In this document: positions 16,696 to 26,906 of the stretch, piece by piece | Position numbering within the stretch: position 1 is the first letter of the stretch | How the letters are laid out: every line of letters starts with the position of its first letter | Virus record (IMG/VR): IMGVR_UViG_3300013233_000702 | Reading direction: 5' to 3' (one strand) | Length of the DNA stretch: 64,000 nt | From: an uncultured virus (IMG/VR IMGVR_UViG_3300013233_000702) | Taxonomy: Duplodnaviria; Heunggongvirae; Uroviricota; Caudoviricetes | Program-made: the position numbers and the translations under genes | Notes under the pieces: model-generated | The model's database searches: none | Seen by the model: only the letters and a program-made list of their open reading frames with translations | Told to the model about the DNA's origin: nothing

Positions 16696-18912
16696 CTACG
16701 CTGTGAGCTTATCTTCCAGCTTGGCTAGACGCTCCTCTAGCTCGAATATGTATGTAGCCTGCTCCTCGACGATCTCCAGCAGGCAGTCGGCCCTGGAGAA
16801 CATCCCCATTGGGCCACCGCCTATCTGGGGAAAGCGGTAGTTGGTCGCGGCGTACTTCCTGAGGTCCTTCAGCGGCATCCTGCCGGTATAGGCCGCAGCA
16901 CCCTCCTTTTCGGCATGCTCGACTATCTTTCCGGTGAAGTAGTGTTCGAAGACGTAGTCAGGGTTGTTGTACGCGGTTCCGTTCTTGAAGACGTCCCCAG
17001 AGACGTTTATCGTTCCAGCGCCCTTGTCGCCGCCGGTCGGGCTCCCGACCTGTATTCCGTTGTCGTCGAACCGGACGGTAGCGTTGCGGAAGCGGGTAGT
17101 GATGACTGAGCTGAGCACCTCTCCGATGCGCAGGTACTCAACCTGGCCGGTGATACTGCCCAGGACGTCCTTGGTAAAGGTCAGACCACCGTCCCCGGCT
17201 CCAGCGTCCCTGTTGTCGAATATCCCCCACCCGTCGTTCGTGCCGACGAACGGCTTCAAGACTAGTTGAGAATGGGACGAGTTCGCTCCAACCACCAGCA
17301 AGGCAGAGATTCCAGTGACCAACGTCTGCTTCACGTGCAGTCTTGCAGTGGGGCTGGTACCCGCTCCTATCGAGAGCCTGCCGTTGCCGTTGTCCCAATA
17401 GAGGTCGGAGCTGGCCCCGAACGATCCGGAGCTGTTGAACTGGACCTGACCGCTGCTTCCTGCCGGAGAGGTCGTGGCCGTCAGGCTGACCCATGATCCG
17501 GACGCCCTGCCCTCGAAGTCGGCTCCGGTCCAGCGGATCGTCCCATCTATGGTCCCGGTGGTCGTCCCCACCAGGATGGCACCGTTGACGTGCAGCTTCT
17601 CGGCTGGGGCAGCGTTCCCTACTCCGACTTTTCCCGCCGAAGTTATCCACATGCGTCCCGTCAGTGCTCCAGTCGAGGCCGTCAGGAACTTGATGGCCCC
17701 CGAGTTGTCAGCACCGTCCCTTATCCCCATTATTTGGCAGATCGTATTGCCGTTGATGTTCATGGCGTAACCGGCGCCGAACCCGTCCGCCATGGTGGTT
17801 GCCGGATTAGCGCGCGCCATGAAGACAGCCGAGGCCGTGGTAGTACCGGCTACGGAATCTGCCACGCTCCTTATTTGGCCTGCGGTAGTGCTCGATACTT
17901 CGAGTGACGTTACCGGAGTCTGCGTCCCTATCCCTACTTTGCCGTCGGTAAGGACGGTAACCCGGTTGGTAGACGAACCGGAGTTATTGATGAAGAACGC
18001 TCCTGTCGCGTTCTGCCCATCGTTTCCGATGAACCATGTCTCGGAGTTGGTCTTGAACCTTACATGGGCGTTCTTTACCGTGTTAAGTATGTTTATGCCA
18101 TCGTTGACCGTAGTCTTGCCTATTACCTCCAGCCTCTCGCCGTCGTCTGCAGACGTTCCGCCTACCACGGTGTCGCCGTCGCGGAAGACAAGCATCCTGG
18201 TGGTACCGCTGTCCTGCACCCGCAGAAGATCGTCCGTGTTGCCGTCAAGCCCTAGCACGTCAATCCGGAAACCGGAGACTGCATTGGTCGAGGTCGCGGT
18301 CAGCACCGGTGCCGCAGACGAGAGATGAAGCTCCGTAGCGGGATTGCTGGTTCCTATTCCTACCTTTCCGGCGGACGTGATCCGCACGCGCTCCGTAAGG
18401 GTGGTGGTGCCGGTAGCGATGGTCTCGAAGGTAAGATGTGAACCGTGAGCAGTCCCATTGAACGCCTCTGCAGCCAGGACGTTGACGGTGGCCGCATTAG
18501 AGAAGGTCGTTCCGTCGTATCCCCGGCCGAGCAGCCCGCCGATGTTGGAGCCGGACAATACGGCCGTAGGTGTGGAAACGGTTCCCTCCGCACGGTCCAC
18601 CACGAACTTGACCGGGTTACCTATCCGCCTAGCCACGACTGCAGACGAGTTGAACGTAGTGCCCACTACATGCACGGCCGACTCTGGAGTGGACGTTCCG
18701 ATACCCAGAAACTTCGAGGAATCGTCCCAGAATAGGGAAGTACTACTCCCGAAGGACCCTCCCGTGGACGCGAAGACAATCTCTCCGGAGGACGGCGAGA
18801 GACCGTCCAGCATCGTGTTCTTGACCTTGGTGTAGGTCGGCTTGCCGCCGACCGTAGCCAGTATCTGGTCGTTGACGCTCGAAGGAGAGAGGTGCTTGAT
18901 CGGGATCTTCAT
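16696..18912 (-). CDS. tail fibre-like protein with C-terminal intramolecular-chaperone-like domain
   Basis: repeated GKVGIGTxxP motifs; C-terminal PDYVFE...LLEIVEEQATYIFELEERL coiled coil. Confidence 0.75.
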   Translation of the reverse strand: MKIPIKHLSPSSVNDQILATVGGKPTYTKVKNTMLDGLSPSSGEIVFASTGGSFGSSTSLFWDDSSKFLGIGTSTPESAVHVVGTTFNSSAVVARRIGNPVKFVVDRAEGTVSTPTAVLSGSNIGGLLGRGYDGTTFSNAATVNVLAAEAFNGTAHGSHLTFETIATGTTTLTERVRITSAGKVGIGTSNPATELHLSSAAPVLTATSTNAVSGFRIDVLGLDGNTDDLLRVQDSGTTRMLVFRDGDTVVGGTSADDGERLEVIGKTTVNDGINILNTVKNAHVRFKTNSETWFIGNDGQNATGAFFINNSGSSTNRVTVLTDGKVGIGTQTPVTSLEVSSTTAGQIRSVADSVAGTTTASAVFMARANPATTMADGFGAGYAMNINGNTICQIMGIRDGADNSGAIKFLTASTGALTGRMWITSAGKVGVGNAAPAEKLHVNGAILVGTTTGTIDGTIRWTGADFEGRASGSWVSLTATTSPAGSSGQVQFNSSGSFGASSDLYWDNGNGRLSIGAGTSPTARLHVKQTLVTGISALLVVGANSSHSQLVLKPFVGTNDGWGIFDNRDAGAGDGGLTFTKDVLGSITGQVEYLRIGEVLSSVITTRFRNATVRFDDNGIQVGSPTGGDKGAGTINVSGDVFKNGTAYNNPDYVFEHYFTGKIVEHAEKEGAAAYTGRMPLKDLRKYAATNYRFPQIGGGPMGMFSRADCLLEIVEEQATYIFELEERLAKLEDKLTA

Positions 18913-18938
18913 CTAGGAGTTAGTCTCCGGACCATCAA

Positions 18939-18946
18939 TATCTTTG
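18939..18946 (-). promoter_or_regulatory. CAAAGATA motif
   Basis: intergenic, 26 nt before the fibre ATG. Confidence 0.55.
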
Positions 18947-18966
18947 TCCAGAGACCATTGACGGAC

Positions 18967-19428
18967 CTAGTCGCGCTCGACCGGCGCGTCCCCGCTCTCC
19001 ATAAGCCGGAAGGTGTCCGCAGGATCGTCGAACGAGGAGAACTCAATGAACCTTGCCGACTCGCGCTTGGTCCAGAACCTGTGCGCCAATCCCGGCTTGA
19101 GCGTCAGGGTCATCCCCGCCACCATGGTCATCCTGGCCACGAGGTCATAGTCGTCCAGCAGAAGGCTCCCAGGACGTCCGTCCTCGACCTTGCCGTACAT
19201 CCAAAGTTCGAGTTCCAGGAAACCGTCGAGGACATGGAAGGTCTCCGTCTTGCTCCTGTGATAGTGGATGGAGCTGGCCTTGCCGTTCGGATGCACGACG
19301 AGGATCTTGCCGCAGTACTGCTTCTTGTTGACGAGGATCTTCTCGTATCCCCACAGCTTGGGGATTATGCCATCGTCCAGGTAGACCTCCGGCACGTTCC
19401 TGTCGTCCAGGACGACTTCCTCTTCCAT
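18967..19428 (-). CDS. cupin-domain protein (sugar isomerase-like)
   Basis: PKLWGYE...YCGKIL...SIHYHRSKTETFHV...PGLAHRF. Confidence 0.8.
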   Translation of the reverse strand: MEEEVVLDDRNVPEVYLDDGIIPKLWGYEKILVNKKQYCGKILVVHPNGKASSIHYHRSKTETFHVLDGFLELELWMYGKVEDGRPGSLLLDDYDLVARMTMVAGMTLTLKPGLAHRFWTKRESARFIEFSSFDDPADTFRLMESGDAPVERD

Positions 19429-19443
19429 CGTGATCGCTCCAGT

Positions 19444-19920
19444 CTATTTCCTTGTGGACTTCGGCGAGGGCAGCTTCACTCCATACTGGTCCGGCATCTC
19501 GAACCCTGGACCCTTGTCCTTGCCTTCCCTCTTGATGGGTGCCTTCTTTGTCGGCTTCATCTTGACGGGTGCCTTCCTTGCCGCCTTGGCCTGTGTGGGA
19601 CGCGTGGGCAGCATGGACAGGTCCGGAAGCTTCACGACCTCCACCTTCATGGTGTCCGGCAAGAGTAGGCTCGTCTCGTTCTTCAGCTTCACCACGTCCG
19701 CCGGAACGTTCACGGTGGCCTCCACCTTCGGGACCGGAACCTCGTTGGTGACGCTAGGAACCGGCACCTTGTTTATGACCTGCGGAGAACCTACCTTGAC
19801 GACCGTGGCTGGGGACCTTCCTCCGAGCCACCCAAGCGTAACCGCGCCCAGGATGATCGCGGCCGTCACCAGTCTGTCCATCTGCCTACCCCAGTTGACC
19901 GGGGCGATCTCGTCCACCAT
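19444..19920 (-). CDS. membrane-anchored Pro/Val/Lys-rich hypothetical protein
   Basis: hydrophobic segment LVTAAIILGAVTLGWLG; GGAGGA RBS. Confidence 0.55.
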   Translation of the reverse strand: MVDEIAPVNWGRQMDRLVTAAIILGAVTLGWLGGRSPATVVKVGSPQVINKVPVPSVTNEVPVPKVEATVNVPADVVKLKNETSLLLPDTMKVEVVKLPDLSMLPTRPTQAKAARKAPVKMKPTKKAPIKREGKDKGPGFEMPDQYGVKLPSPKSTRK

Positions 19921-20008
19921 TGGCTGTTCCTCCGGATCCGCTATTTAGCCCATCCCGCTTCCTGTCGGTCCCTGGCGGACAGACAAGGGCTAAAATACGG
20001 ACCGGAAG

Positions 20009-21001
20009 CTATTCGCTGATCAGGTTGGCTATCTGGTCGGGGACCGAGTTCTCGGATATCACCTCAGGAGCCCGTCCGGACACCTGCTCACCGGACAGCT
20101 CGCGTTCACGCCTTGACTCCAGATAGGCCCTGTACACCTTGCCGGTTCCACAGGACTCATAGATCTTCGTCCTGCTCTTGTGGTACGGATCGAAGTCTAC
20201 CGAGTTGATTACCCCCTGCATCTCGCGGAGAGTCTCTATCGCGGAACCATAGTCGTCGCCCAGAATATGGGTCGCGACGTACAGCTCCTTGATGTGCGCT
20301 ATCGAGAACCCGTCCGTGTCCTCCACCCACCGCTCGACGGTCTCTTCGTCCTCGTCTAGCTTGGACTTGATGTAGGTCCTGCGCATCCCCTCCGACGGCA
20401 TCCCGATGAAGAACCTCTTGTCGAACCTCGACGGCCTGTTCATCACTCTCGAACCAAGCCTCTCGGGGTGGTTGGTGGTCGCAACGAAGACGGTCTTCTC
20501 TATCCCATGCATGCCGTCCAGGAGGTTCAACACCTCCGACTCGCTGGACCTCTGCAGGATCGCGTCCATGTCCTCCATGAGCACGATGATCGGCATGGAG
20601 GGATGGATCTGCCTAAGCAGCTCATAGCCGTCCACCATCAGGCTGGGAGAGGGGAAGTCGAAGACGATTCCACCCCGCTTTGTCAGGTTCTCGACCATGA
20701 TGCGCAGCGTGCAGGACTTTCCAGAACCTGGCGGGCCGTACATCATGATACCGCGCTTGTACGGAACCCCGGCCTCCTTGAACCTGCCCTCGAGGTCCCA
20801 GAAGGACTCGATCTCCTCGATGATGCGGTCAGAACCAGATTCCGGAAACCTTATGAGGTCCTCGTTCCGGATGGTGCGCTTCTTGAAGAAGATGCCGTTC
20901 ATGGTCCGACAGATGTCGTAATATCCTGGTGGGAGGTCCCTGACGACGCGTCCGGCTGGAAAGTAGCATTGACCGTCGGTGGACCACTGGGTATACTGCA
21001 T
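20009..21001 (-). CDS. AAA+ ATPase
   Basis: PYKRGIMMYGPPGSGKS, IVLMEDMD, VLNLLDG, ATTNHPERL, NRPSRFD. Confidence 0.9.
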   Translation of the reverse strand: MQYTQWSTDGQCYFPAGRVVRDLPPGYYDICRTMNGIFFKKRTIRNEDLIRFPESGSDRIIEEIESFWDLEGRFKEAGVPYKRGIMMYGPPGSGKSCTLRIMVENLTKRGGIVFDFPSPSLMVDGYELLRQIHPSMPIIVLMEDMDAILQRSSESEVLNLLDGMHGIEKTVFVATTNHPERLGSRVMNRPSRFDKRFFIGMPSEGMRRTYIKSKLDEDEETVERWVEDTDGFSIAHIKELYVATHILGDDYGSAIETLREMQGVINSVDFDPYHKSRTKIYESCGTGKVYRAYLESRRERELSGEQVSGRAPEVISENSVPDQIANLISE

Positions 21002-21011
21002 GCTCCCCTCC

Positions 21012-21347
21012 CTATCCTCTACGCTCAAGCCGCTCGAGCGCGTTGGCTATGTTGTGCTGCGTCGCCGAGATGCTCTGGCAGATCTCCACCACCTCACGCT
21101 GGGTCTTGGACCATGATCGCGGAACGTACCATAGCGGCGATCCGTCCTCGTCGCGCACGTCGTGCATCTTGTAGAGGAGCTCTGTCTTGGACTGAATCTC
21201 GCGGATGGCGGTGGTCTGCTGCTCGATGGCCTTCCTGAGGTCGCGGTTCGGATCCTTCGGACCACGCAGCTTCCCGATCAAGACCTTGACTATCTCAAGC
21301 AGAGCGAGACAGACCGTCACTATCGCCGCCGTCTCCGTTGCCGCCAT
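21012..21347 (-). CDS. small membrane protein with coiled coil (holin-like?)
   Basis: N-terminal TM helix; GGAGG RBS. Confidence 0.55.
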   Translation of the reverse strand: MAATETAAIVTVCLALLEIVKVLIGKLRGPKDPNRDLRKAIEQQTTAIREIQSKTELLYKMHDVRDEDGSPLWYVPRSWSKTQREVVEICQSISATQHNIANALERLERRG

Positions 21348-21516
21348 TCCCAACCTCCGCACCAGGACTGTCGCCCTCTCCACGCACTATCACTATCCCC
21401 GACATCCTGCTCAACCGTTCGGCGACGTCCCGTAGGTCGTCCAGGACGTCGCTCAAGTGATTCTTCGCCGCCTTCGTGCTCCTGACGAGCGAGGTGTCCG
21501 AACATTTCGCGTCCAT
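21295..21516 (-). CDS. hypothetical protein
   Basis: AAGGAG RBS; preceded by CAAAGATA at 21541-21548. Confidence 0.45.
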   Translation of the reverse strand: MDAKCSDTSLVRSTKAAKNHLSDVLDDLRDVAERLSRMSGIVIVRGEGDSPGAEVGNGGNGDGGDSDGLSRSA

Positions 21517-21781
21517 GGCGTCTCAACTCCTTCACCATGATATCTTTGACGCACGGCTACCGGCTGGAACCGTCCCGCATGTGCGGCGGAACGTGATCGA
21601 CCATCCCTCTCTCGCGCCCCGCCCTGAGTTCACGCTCCTTAAGGACCATCGCCTCGAACATCAGCCTGCCGCACCTCGGACACCGCAGGTCCTCATCAAC
21701 CACCCACTCCCTGCACGAATGACAGAAGCATCTCCTGCCCATCTTCACCTCCACCGCCCACTTGCCCATCTCCACACCTCC

Positions 21782-22681
21782 TCAGCTGAGCCTCAACTCC
21801 ACCGGCAAGCACCGCCTCGCCAGATAGTTCTCCCTATCACCCTCATGGACGGCACCGAAGCCGACCGTACCGCCGAACACCGGCAGTCCAGGAGACCTCA
21901 GGTTCCTGACCAGTCCCAGCTCCACCAGGTTGTCCATCAGCTCCCTGCACGCCCAGGAGCCCAGATAGCTGTCGTGCAGCACCGCCCCGTTCAGACGGAA
22001 CAGGCACGCAACGTCCATCGCCGGCAGGCCGACTTCCCCGTCCCCAGCCCCGTCGTTCACGACCAGCGCCCCATCGTGACCGACGAGCTGCTCATGGATC
22101 CACCCGTCCCAGCCCACGGGAGGGACTGCACCGTCCGGCACCAGCAAGACCACGTCACCCGGCAAGGCCTCGCCCTCCATCAGCGACCGCACGAGGGTAC
22201 ACGCCGCCCGCACCACGCCGCACTCGCCGACCACCACCGTAGACGGTCCCTCCAGACCGACCTCCACGGCACGGACCGCCACGACCGACCTCACCCTGTC
22301 CGCTGCGGACGCCCTCTCCATCCAGGCCGCACACCCGCCCCTGAACGCGCCCACGGACGGCCACAGAAGATGGAACGCGTGCTCACCAGCGCCCCTACGC
22401 AGGAACTTCAGGTTGGCCGCCAGCCTGGGATTAGACCTGTCCATCCTCCAGGCCATCCTCGCCTCCTCCAGGGAGCGCGTCGGCAGCCCGACATAGAACG
22501 CGCACGTCGAGCACAGGTCATGGGCATAGGAGGTGCCGCCGTCGGGGAGCGACAGGGCATGCTCCGCCGCCCAGTATCCGGTCAGGTGGTCCCCCTCGTC
22601 GAGTGCCGACTGGGCCAGCCCGAGCCACTCGGAAGCCTTTCCAGGATCGTCCAGGCATCTGCGCAGGAGGCCGAGGTCCAT
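21782..22681 (-). CDS. TPR-like N-terminus plus GT2-like glycosyltransferase domain
   Basis: helical N-terminus (YAHDLCSTCAFYVG...NPRLAANLKF); GDVVLLVPDGAVPPVGWD; diverged. Confidence 0.5.
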   Translation of the reverse strand: MDLGLLRRCLDDPGKASEWLGLAQSALDEGDHLTGYWAAEHALSLPDGGTSYAHDLCSTCAFYVGLPTRSLEEARMAWRMDRSNPRLAANLKFLRRGAGEHAFHLLWPSVGAFRGGCAAWMERASAADRVRSVVAVRAVEVGLEGPSTVVVGECGVVRAACTLVRSLMEGEALPGDVVLLVPDGAVPPVGWDGWIHEQLVGHDGALVVNDGAGDGEVGLPAMDVACLFRLNGAVLHDSYLGSWACRELMDNLVELGLVRNLRSPGLPVFGGTVGFGAVHEGDRENYLARRCLPVELRLS

Positions 22682-22739
22682 CTCCAGTCCTTTCCACGTG
22701 GTCGCTGTCCGACACTGTAGCTACCGACCGGAGGGGTGC

Positions 22740-23546
22740 ATGCTGGAGCTACTCAACAAACGCGAGATTAGGCTGCTCCTGGCCGCAGTGAAGCGGCTGA
22801 GGACGGTCCAAGGCCAGGCCCACGAGCTGGCCACCCGTCCAGCCTATGATGTCCTCGATGCACTAGAACGGAAGAAGCTCGTGCACTGGCTCTTGCCCCT
22901 TCTGGACGCCCAGACCAAGCTCCTGTGCAGGATAGCCATCGATCAGGACACGCACAGCCTGCTGCACGTGTGGAACCAGGACCGTGTAATGTGCATCGAG
23001 GCCGTAATGAAGGTTCCATACATGCTTAAAGACGTACGGATACAGGACGAAGAGATATGCATGGCCGCAGTCCAGAAGGATCCAGCCGCGCTCGCCTTTG
23101 CACACCTCCAGACCGAAGCACTTTGTATCGCGGCCGTCAGGTCAAACGCGAACGCCATCATGTGCGTCAGGAACCGGACCCATTCCGTGTGCAGGGAAGC
23201 GGTGGAGAGCCACCAATTTACAGACGGAATGCCGATGATACAACCCATCTGCCTCGTCGACCAGTACGAAGAGCTATGCATGACCGCAGTCATCAACATG
23301 CCACGGAACCTCATACACGTCCACGAACAGACCGAGAGGATATGTCTCACTGCCATCGAGGCTGAACCACGGACGCTGGAGCTCGTGCGCGAACAGACCG
23401 ACCGGATCTGTATCGCCGCCATCAAGAAGGGCGGGCCGACAATGCTTTCCTACGTGAGGCATCAGAACAGGAAGATCTGCGCAGAGGCAGTGAAGATGTA
23501 CGGCGAGAAGGCAGAACCGTACATCAGGCACCCAGAGAGGTTCTAG
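22740..23546 (+). CDS. DUF4116-like repeat protein
   Basis: repeats such as QDEEICMAAVQKDPAAL and QTERICLTAIE. Confidence 0.75.
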   Translation: MLELLNKREIRLLLAAVKRLRTVQGQAHELATRPAYDVLDALERKKLVHWLLPLLDAQTKLLCRIAIDQDTHSLLHVWNQDRVMCIEAVMKVPYMLKDVRIQDEEICMAAVQKDPAALAFAHLQTEALCIAAVRSNANAIMCVRNRTHSVCREAVESHQFTDGMPMIQPICLVDQYEELCMTAVINMPRNLIHVHEQTERICLTAIEAEPRTLELVREQTDRICIAAIKKGGPTMLSYVRHQNRKICAEAVKMYGEKAEPYIRHPERF

Positions 23547-24512
23547 ATGCTAGAGAAGCTGAACGAAGCAGAGATATGGATGCTGATCAAGGCCATGGAC
23601 CAGCATTCCGAATACTGGCAGAAGCACCGCCATCCCTCCACGACGGAGGAGAAGCTGGAGGCCCTCGAATACGGCGCGCACGTCCACGAACTCCTGCCGT
23701 TCCTGGACGTCCAGACGCCCGCCATCAGCGAGGCCGCCGTGCAGGCCAACCCGCGCTCCATCGAACACCTGCGCATCCAGGACCCGAAGCTATGCATGCA
23801 CGCCGTCGAAGTCGATCCAGGGTGCCTACCGTACGTCCGGGAACAGACGGAGGAGATATGCATGGCAGCGGTCTTGAGGGACCCGCACGTCATAGAGCAC
23901 GCCCGGGAGCAGACGGAGATGCTGTGCATGCACGCCGTCGCCATGGACGACCTGACCATACCGCTGATCCGCAGGCCAACGAGGAACGTACTGATGACCG
24001 CCCTGAAGGCGACGCACAAGCACCATGGGGGATGGAAGGTGAACATGCAGGGCGACTCCTACGTCCTCGCGCTCATCGAACAGGACGAACAGCTGTGCAT
24101 CGAGGCCGTCAAGCACTGCGGCAGGGCCCTCGTCCACGTCAGGAACCAGACCGAAAGGATATGCGTCGAGGCCGTCAGGAGCGACCCGGAGTCGCTGCCG
24201 CTCGCCAGGGACCAGACTGATAGGATCTGCATCGAGGCCCTACGGTCCTCTGCGGAGCGCGAGGAAGTTCTTTTCCAGATCAAGCAGTGTGATGACTGCC
24301 GGGCCGAGGCCCGGAAGAACGGGGCGCACGTCCTCGCCTACGTCAGAGACCAGACCGATGCCATAATCAATGCAGCCAGGGACATCTTCGGACATAGTGC
24401 GGACAGGTACGTCAGGCATCCAGAACAGTGGCCCGGACTGACTGCTCTATGCGCATCTCGAGGGCATCGACCGCAGGCGAGGTTCGGACCTCCACGGACT
24501 CGTACCAGTTAG
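23547..24512 (+). CDS. DUF4116-like repeat protein (tandem paralog)
   Basis: QTEEICMAAV repeats; ends YVRHPE like the previous gene. Confidence 0.75.
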   Translation: MLEKLNEAEIWMLIKAMDQHSEYWQKHRHPSTTEEKLEALEYGAHVHELLPFLDVQTPAISEAAVQANPRSIEHLRIQDPKLCMHAVEVDPGCLPYVREQTEEICMAAVLRDPHVIEHAREQTEMLCMHAVAMDDLTIPLIRRPTRNVLMTALKATHKHHGGWKVNMQGDSYVLALIEQDEQLCIEAVKHCGRALVHVRNQTERICVEAVRSDPESLPLARDQTDRICIEALRSSAEREEVLFQIKQCDDCRAEARKNGAHVLAYVRDQTDAIINAARDIFGHSADRYVRHPEQWPGLTALCASRGHRPQARFGPPRTRTS

Positions 24513-25155
24513 GATTCTCCCTCCTGGCGGACCAGGCCAGTTGACCGGCGTTCTTGCCACCAGTGAGCAGTTCCTCCACAGTGGTCGAGAAGTGCCGCCC
24601 GGACTTCAGGTCCTCTATCTCCACATAGTCCTCGGACGGGTCGGAGTCCTCCGGATACTCGTTCCTGAGGAAGTCCCGTATCCTGTCCAGGGCGTCGTCG
24701 TCGAAGCCATGCATCTGGAAGGCGTTGTCGGCGACGCGGATCCATCCCCGATGCTCCATCATGTAGTCCCGGGGATCCGCCCCCTCCTTGAGGTACTCGA
24801 CTGCCTCCGGATCGGCGTCGAAGGCGTGCAGCAGCGTGACCTCCTGGTCTATAGTGAAGCCGTCCCCTGGGATAGTCTCGGCCACCTCGTTCGCGAGGTC
24901 TGCCGCAGCGTCCTCCGGCTCCACCTCGGTCAGCTCCTGATATCGCTCGGGGTCCAGCTTCTTGATGTCCGCCAGTATCTCGTCGAGACTGTCCAGGACC
25001 TTCCTGTCGCGCCCGATCCGTCCTTGGGCCTCGTCCTGGTCCACGCCGATTGCGGACCAGAAGGCTGACACGGTGTGGTTGACGTCGCTGATGTCTCCGT
25101 CGGCGTACCAGGCGTCTCCACCGTCGTCGATCCACCATTCTCCCTCGATCGGCAT
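24412..25155 (-). CDS. acidic hypothetical protein
   Basis: 247-aa ORF with GGAGG RBS; GEWWIDD, GWIRV motifs. Confidence 0.65.
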   Translation of the reverse strand: MPIEGEWWIDDGGDAWYADGDISDVNHTVSAFWSAIGVDQDEAQGRIGRDRKVLDSLDEILADIKKLDPERYQELTEVEPEDAAADLANEVAETIPGDGFTIDQEVTLLHAFDADPEAVEYLKEGADPRDYMMEHRGWIRVADNAFQMHGFDDDALDRIRDFLRNEYPEDSDPSEDYVEIEDLKSGRHFSTTVEELLTGGKNAGQLAWSARRENPNWYESVEVRTSPAVDALEMRIEQSVRATVLDA

Positions 25156-25158
25156 TTT

Positions 25159-26202
25159 CTATCCTCCGAAGATGGACTTTATGAAGGAGAATATGGAGGC
25201 GATGACGTTCCTGCTCTTCCTGCTGGGCTTCTTTCTCTTTCTCCTGCGCTTCCTTCCGTATATCTTCTTGAGCTTCTTGAGGGCTTTCCTGGGCGTTCCG
25301 TCGTACCGCACTATGCTGTAGCCGCCGTAGACTTGGTTGATGCAGTCCTGGTCCTGTGGACCGGGGTACCATTGCCAGACGTTGTTCCCTATTCCGGCGT
25401 TGAGGCACCACTTGACCATGTAGGCGAGGGTCCTGGCTTGCTTGCGCTCGGGGACTCCGCAGTGGGACACGCCGAGCTCTCCGAGGAGGAGGGGCGTCCC
25501 TCCGTGCACGGCCCAGAGCCGCCCCGTCCGGGCCTTGAGCTCGGACGAGACGACCCTTAGGTCGTGGGTCCTAAGGTAGCCGGTGAAGCTGAGGAAGTCG
25601 TAGGGGGCGGGTGTGGGGACGGGGGACTGTCCTTCGGAGTAGCCCTTGCTGAGGATACAGCAGTCGTGGTATCCGAAGGCGAACCTGCTCCTTAGATCCT
25701 TCGGCAGGTGGGCGGGCATGCTTCCGAGAGTCCTGCGGTACAGTCCGGACAGCTCCTTTGCCCTTTTCGGATCGTTCCATCCGGGGGTGGATCCTTCGGT
25801 GAAGACGAGGAGCTTGACGGAGTCTGCGTGTTCGGTGAGGTGGCCCATTAGCCTGGTGACGTATCTCTCGAAGGAGGCGTAGGTGTCTGGGTCCTTGAGG
25901 AACATCTTGGGGTCGATGCCTTCGGGGGACCAGCCTTCTCCGAAGTAGTTGAGGCCGACGATGGCGTTCATGTTCCTGGCGGCTAGCATTGCGGCGATGC
26001 GCTTTAGGACGGCGATGGTGACGGGGTCGTCCTGGTCCTTGAGGGGCCTTGGGCATGCTTCGCGCCATGGGAGGACGATCCAGACGGTGTTGAAGCCGGT
26101 GTCCTGGATCCTGTCCAGGTCCTTCTGGAGGGCCTGTTCGGTCCTGGCGAGGCTTCCGTTGATGTAGGCGGTGACGCTTCTGGTGTCGACGATCTCTATC
26201 AT
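25159..26202 (-). CDS. glycoside hydrolase, clan GH-A-like TIM barrel
   Basis: DLDRIQDTGFNTVWIVLPW, FTEG, PLLLGELG, WQW; basic C-terminal tail. Confidence 0.6.
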   Translation of the reverse strand: MIEIVDTRSVTAYINGSLARTEQALQKDLDRIQDTGFNTVWIVLPWREACPRPLKDQDDPVTIAVLKRIAAMLAARNMNAIVGLNYFGEGWSPEGIDPKMFLKDPDTYASFERYVTRLMGHLTEHADSVKLLVFTEGSTPGWNDPKRAKELSGLYRRTLGSMPAHLPKDLRSRFAFGYHDCCILSKGYSEGQSPVPTPAPYDFLSFTGYLRTHDLRVVSSELKARTGRLWAVHGGTPLLLGELGVSHCGVPERKQARTLAYMVKWCLNAGIGNNVWQWYPGPQDQDCINQVYGGYSIVRYDGTPRKALKKLKKIYGRKRRRKRKKPSRKSRNVIASIFSFIKSIFGG

Positions 26203-26353
26203 TGTCCTATGTTTGCGCGGAGACATGGAGGGCCTTACTGTCGATGAGTCTTACGCGGTAGGCCGACGTCCTTCGACGTGTCGCTCCCTGACCGCCGGTC
26301 AATCCCCGTACCCACCCGGCACGCAGCAGAGGTCCGGACAAAGATATGACACC

Positions 26354-26737
26354 ATGCTGAGAAAACTGGACGAGATCTTGGACGAGATATTCGAACAGCT
26401 TGACGATAGGTCGGAACTGTTCAGCTCGATAGAGCGAAGCCTGAGCATACTGACCCGACTGGTCCCGGACGCGTCGGACGAGGTCGACCAGGCCCTCGCC
26501 CTCCTAAACGTGGCCGTCAGCAGGGAGGCAGGCGTCCTGGAGTCGGTCGGAGAGCCCCACGAGATCATCCAGAACGAATGGGTGAACGTGATGCGCAAGT
26601 TGTCCAAGCTGCTCGAGATGACCGTCGACAAGGACGCAGTCCGCCAGATAAGGGCGGCCAGGGACCTCCTGAAGCGTTCCCTCGGCAGGACCATAGCAAG
26701 ACACCCATCCGGGACCAGGATAATAGGGGACCAGTGA
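26354..26737 (+). CDS. hypothetical protein
   Basis: MLRKLDEILDEIFEQ..., 7 nt after CAAAGATA (26339-26346). Confidence 0.6.
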   Translation: MLRKLDEILDEIFEQLDDRSELFSSIERSLSILTRLVPDASDEVDQALALLNVAVSREAGVLESVGEPHEIIQNEWVNVMRKLSKLLEMTVDKDAVRQIRAARDLLKRSLGRTIARHPSGTRIIGDQ

Positions 26738-26751
26738 CTGTCTGTGTCGGT

Positions 26752-26797
26752 ACAGGATATGAAGGACAGGATATGAAGGACAGGATATGAAGGACAG
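26752..26797 (+). repeat. intergenic 14-bp tandem repeat (acaggatatgaagg) x3 plus a partial copy
   Basis: seen directly. Confidence 0.9.
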
Positions 26798-26906
26798 TAG
26801 GACCGCAGGACTCCCGACAAACATCCGCAGAATTCGCAGGACCCATTGACGAGCACCCCGTGCACGATATATCCCCGCCGGACCCGGAACGAAAAAGGAG
26901 GGACAC

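Noticed and set aside
26752..26797. CRISPR array
   Set aside because: Contiguous 14-bp units without spacers; no cas genes in the window.
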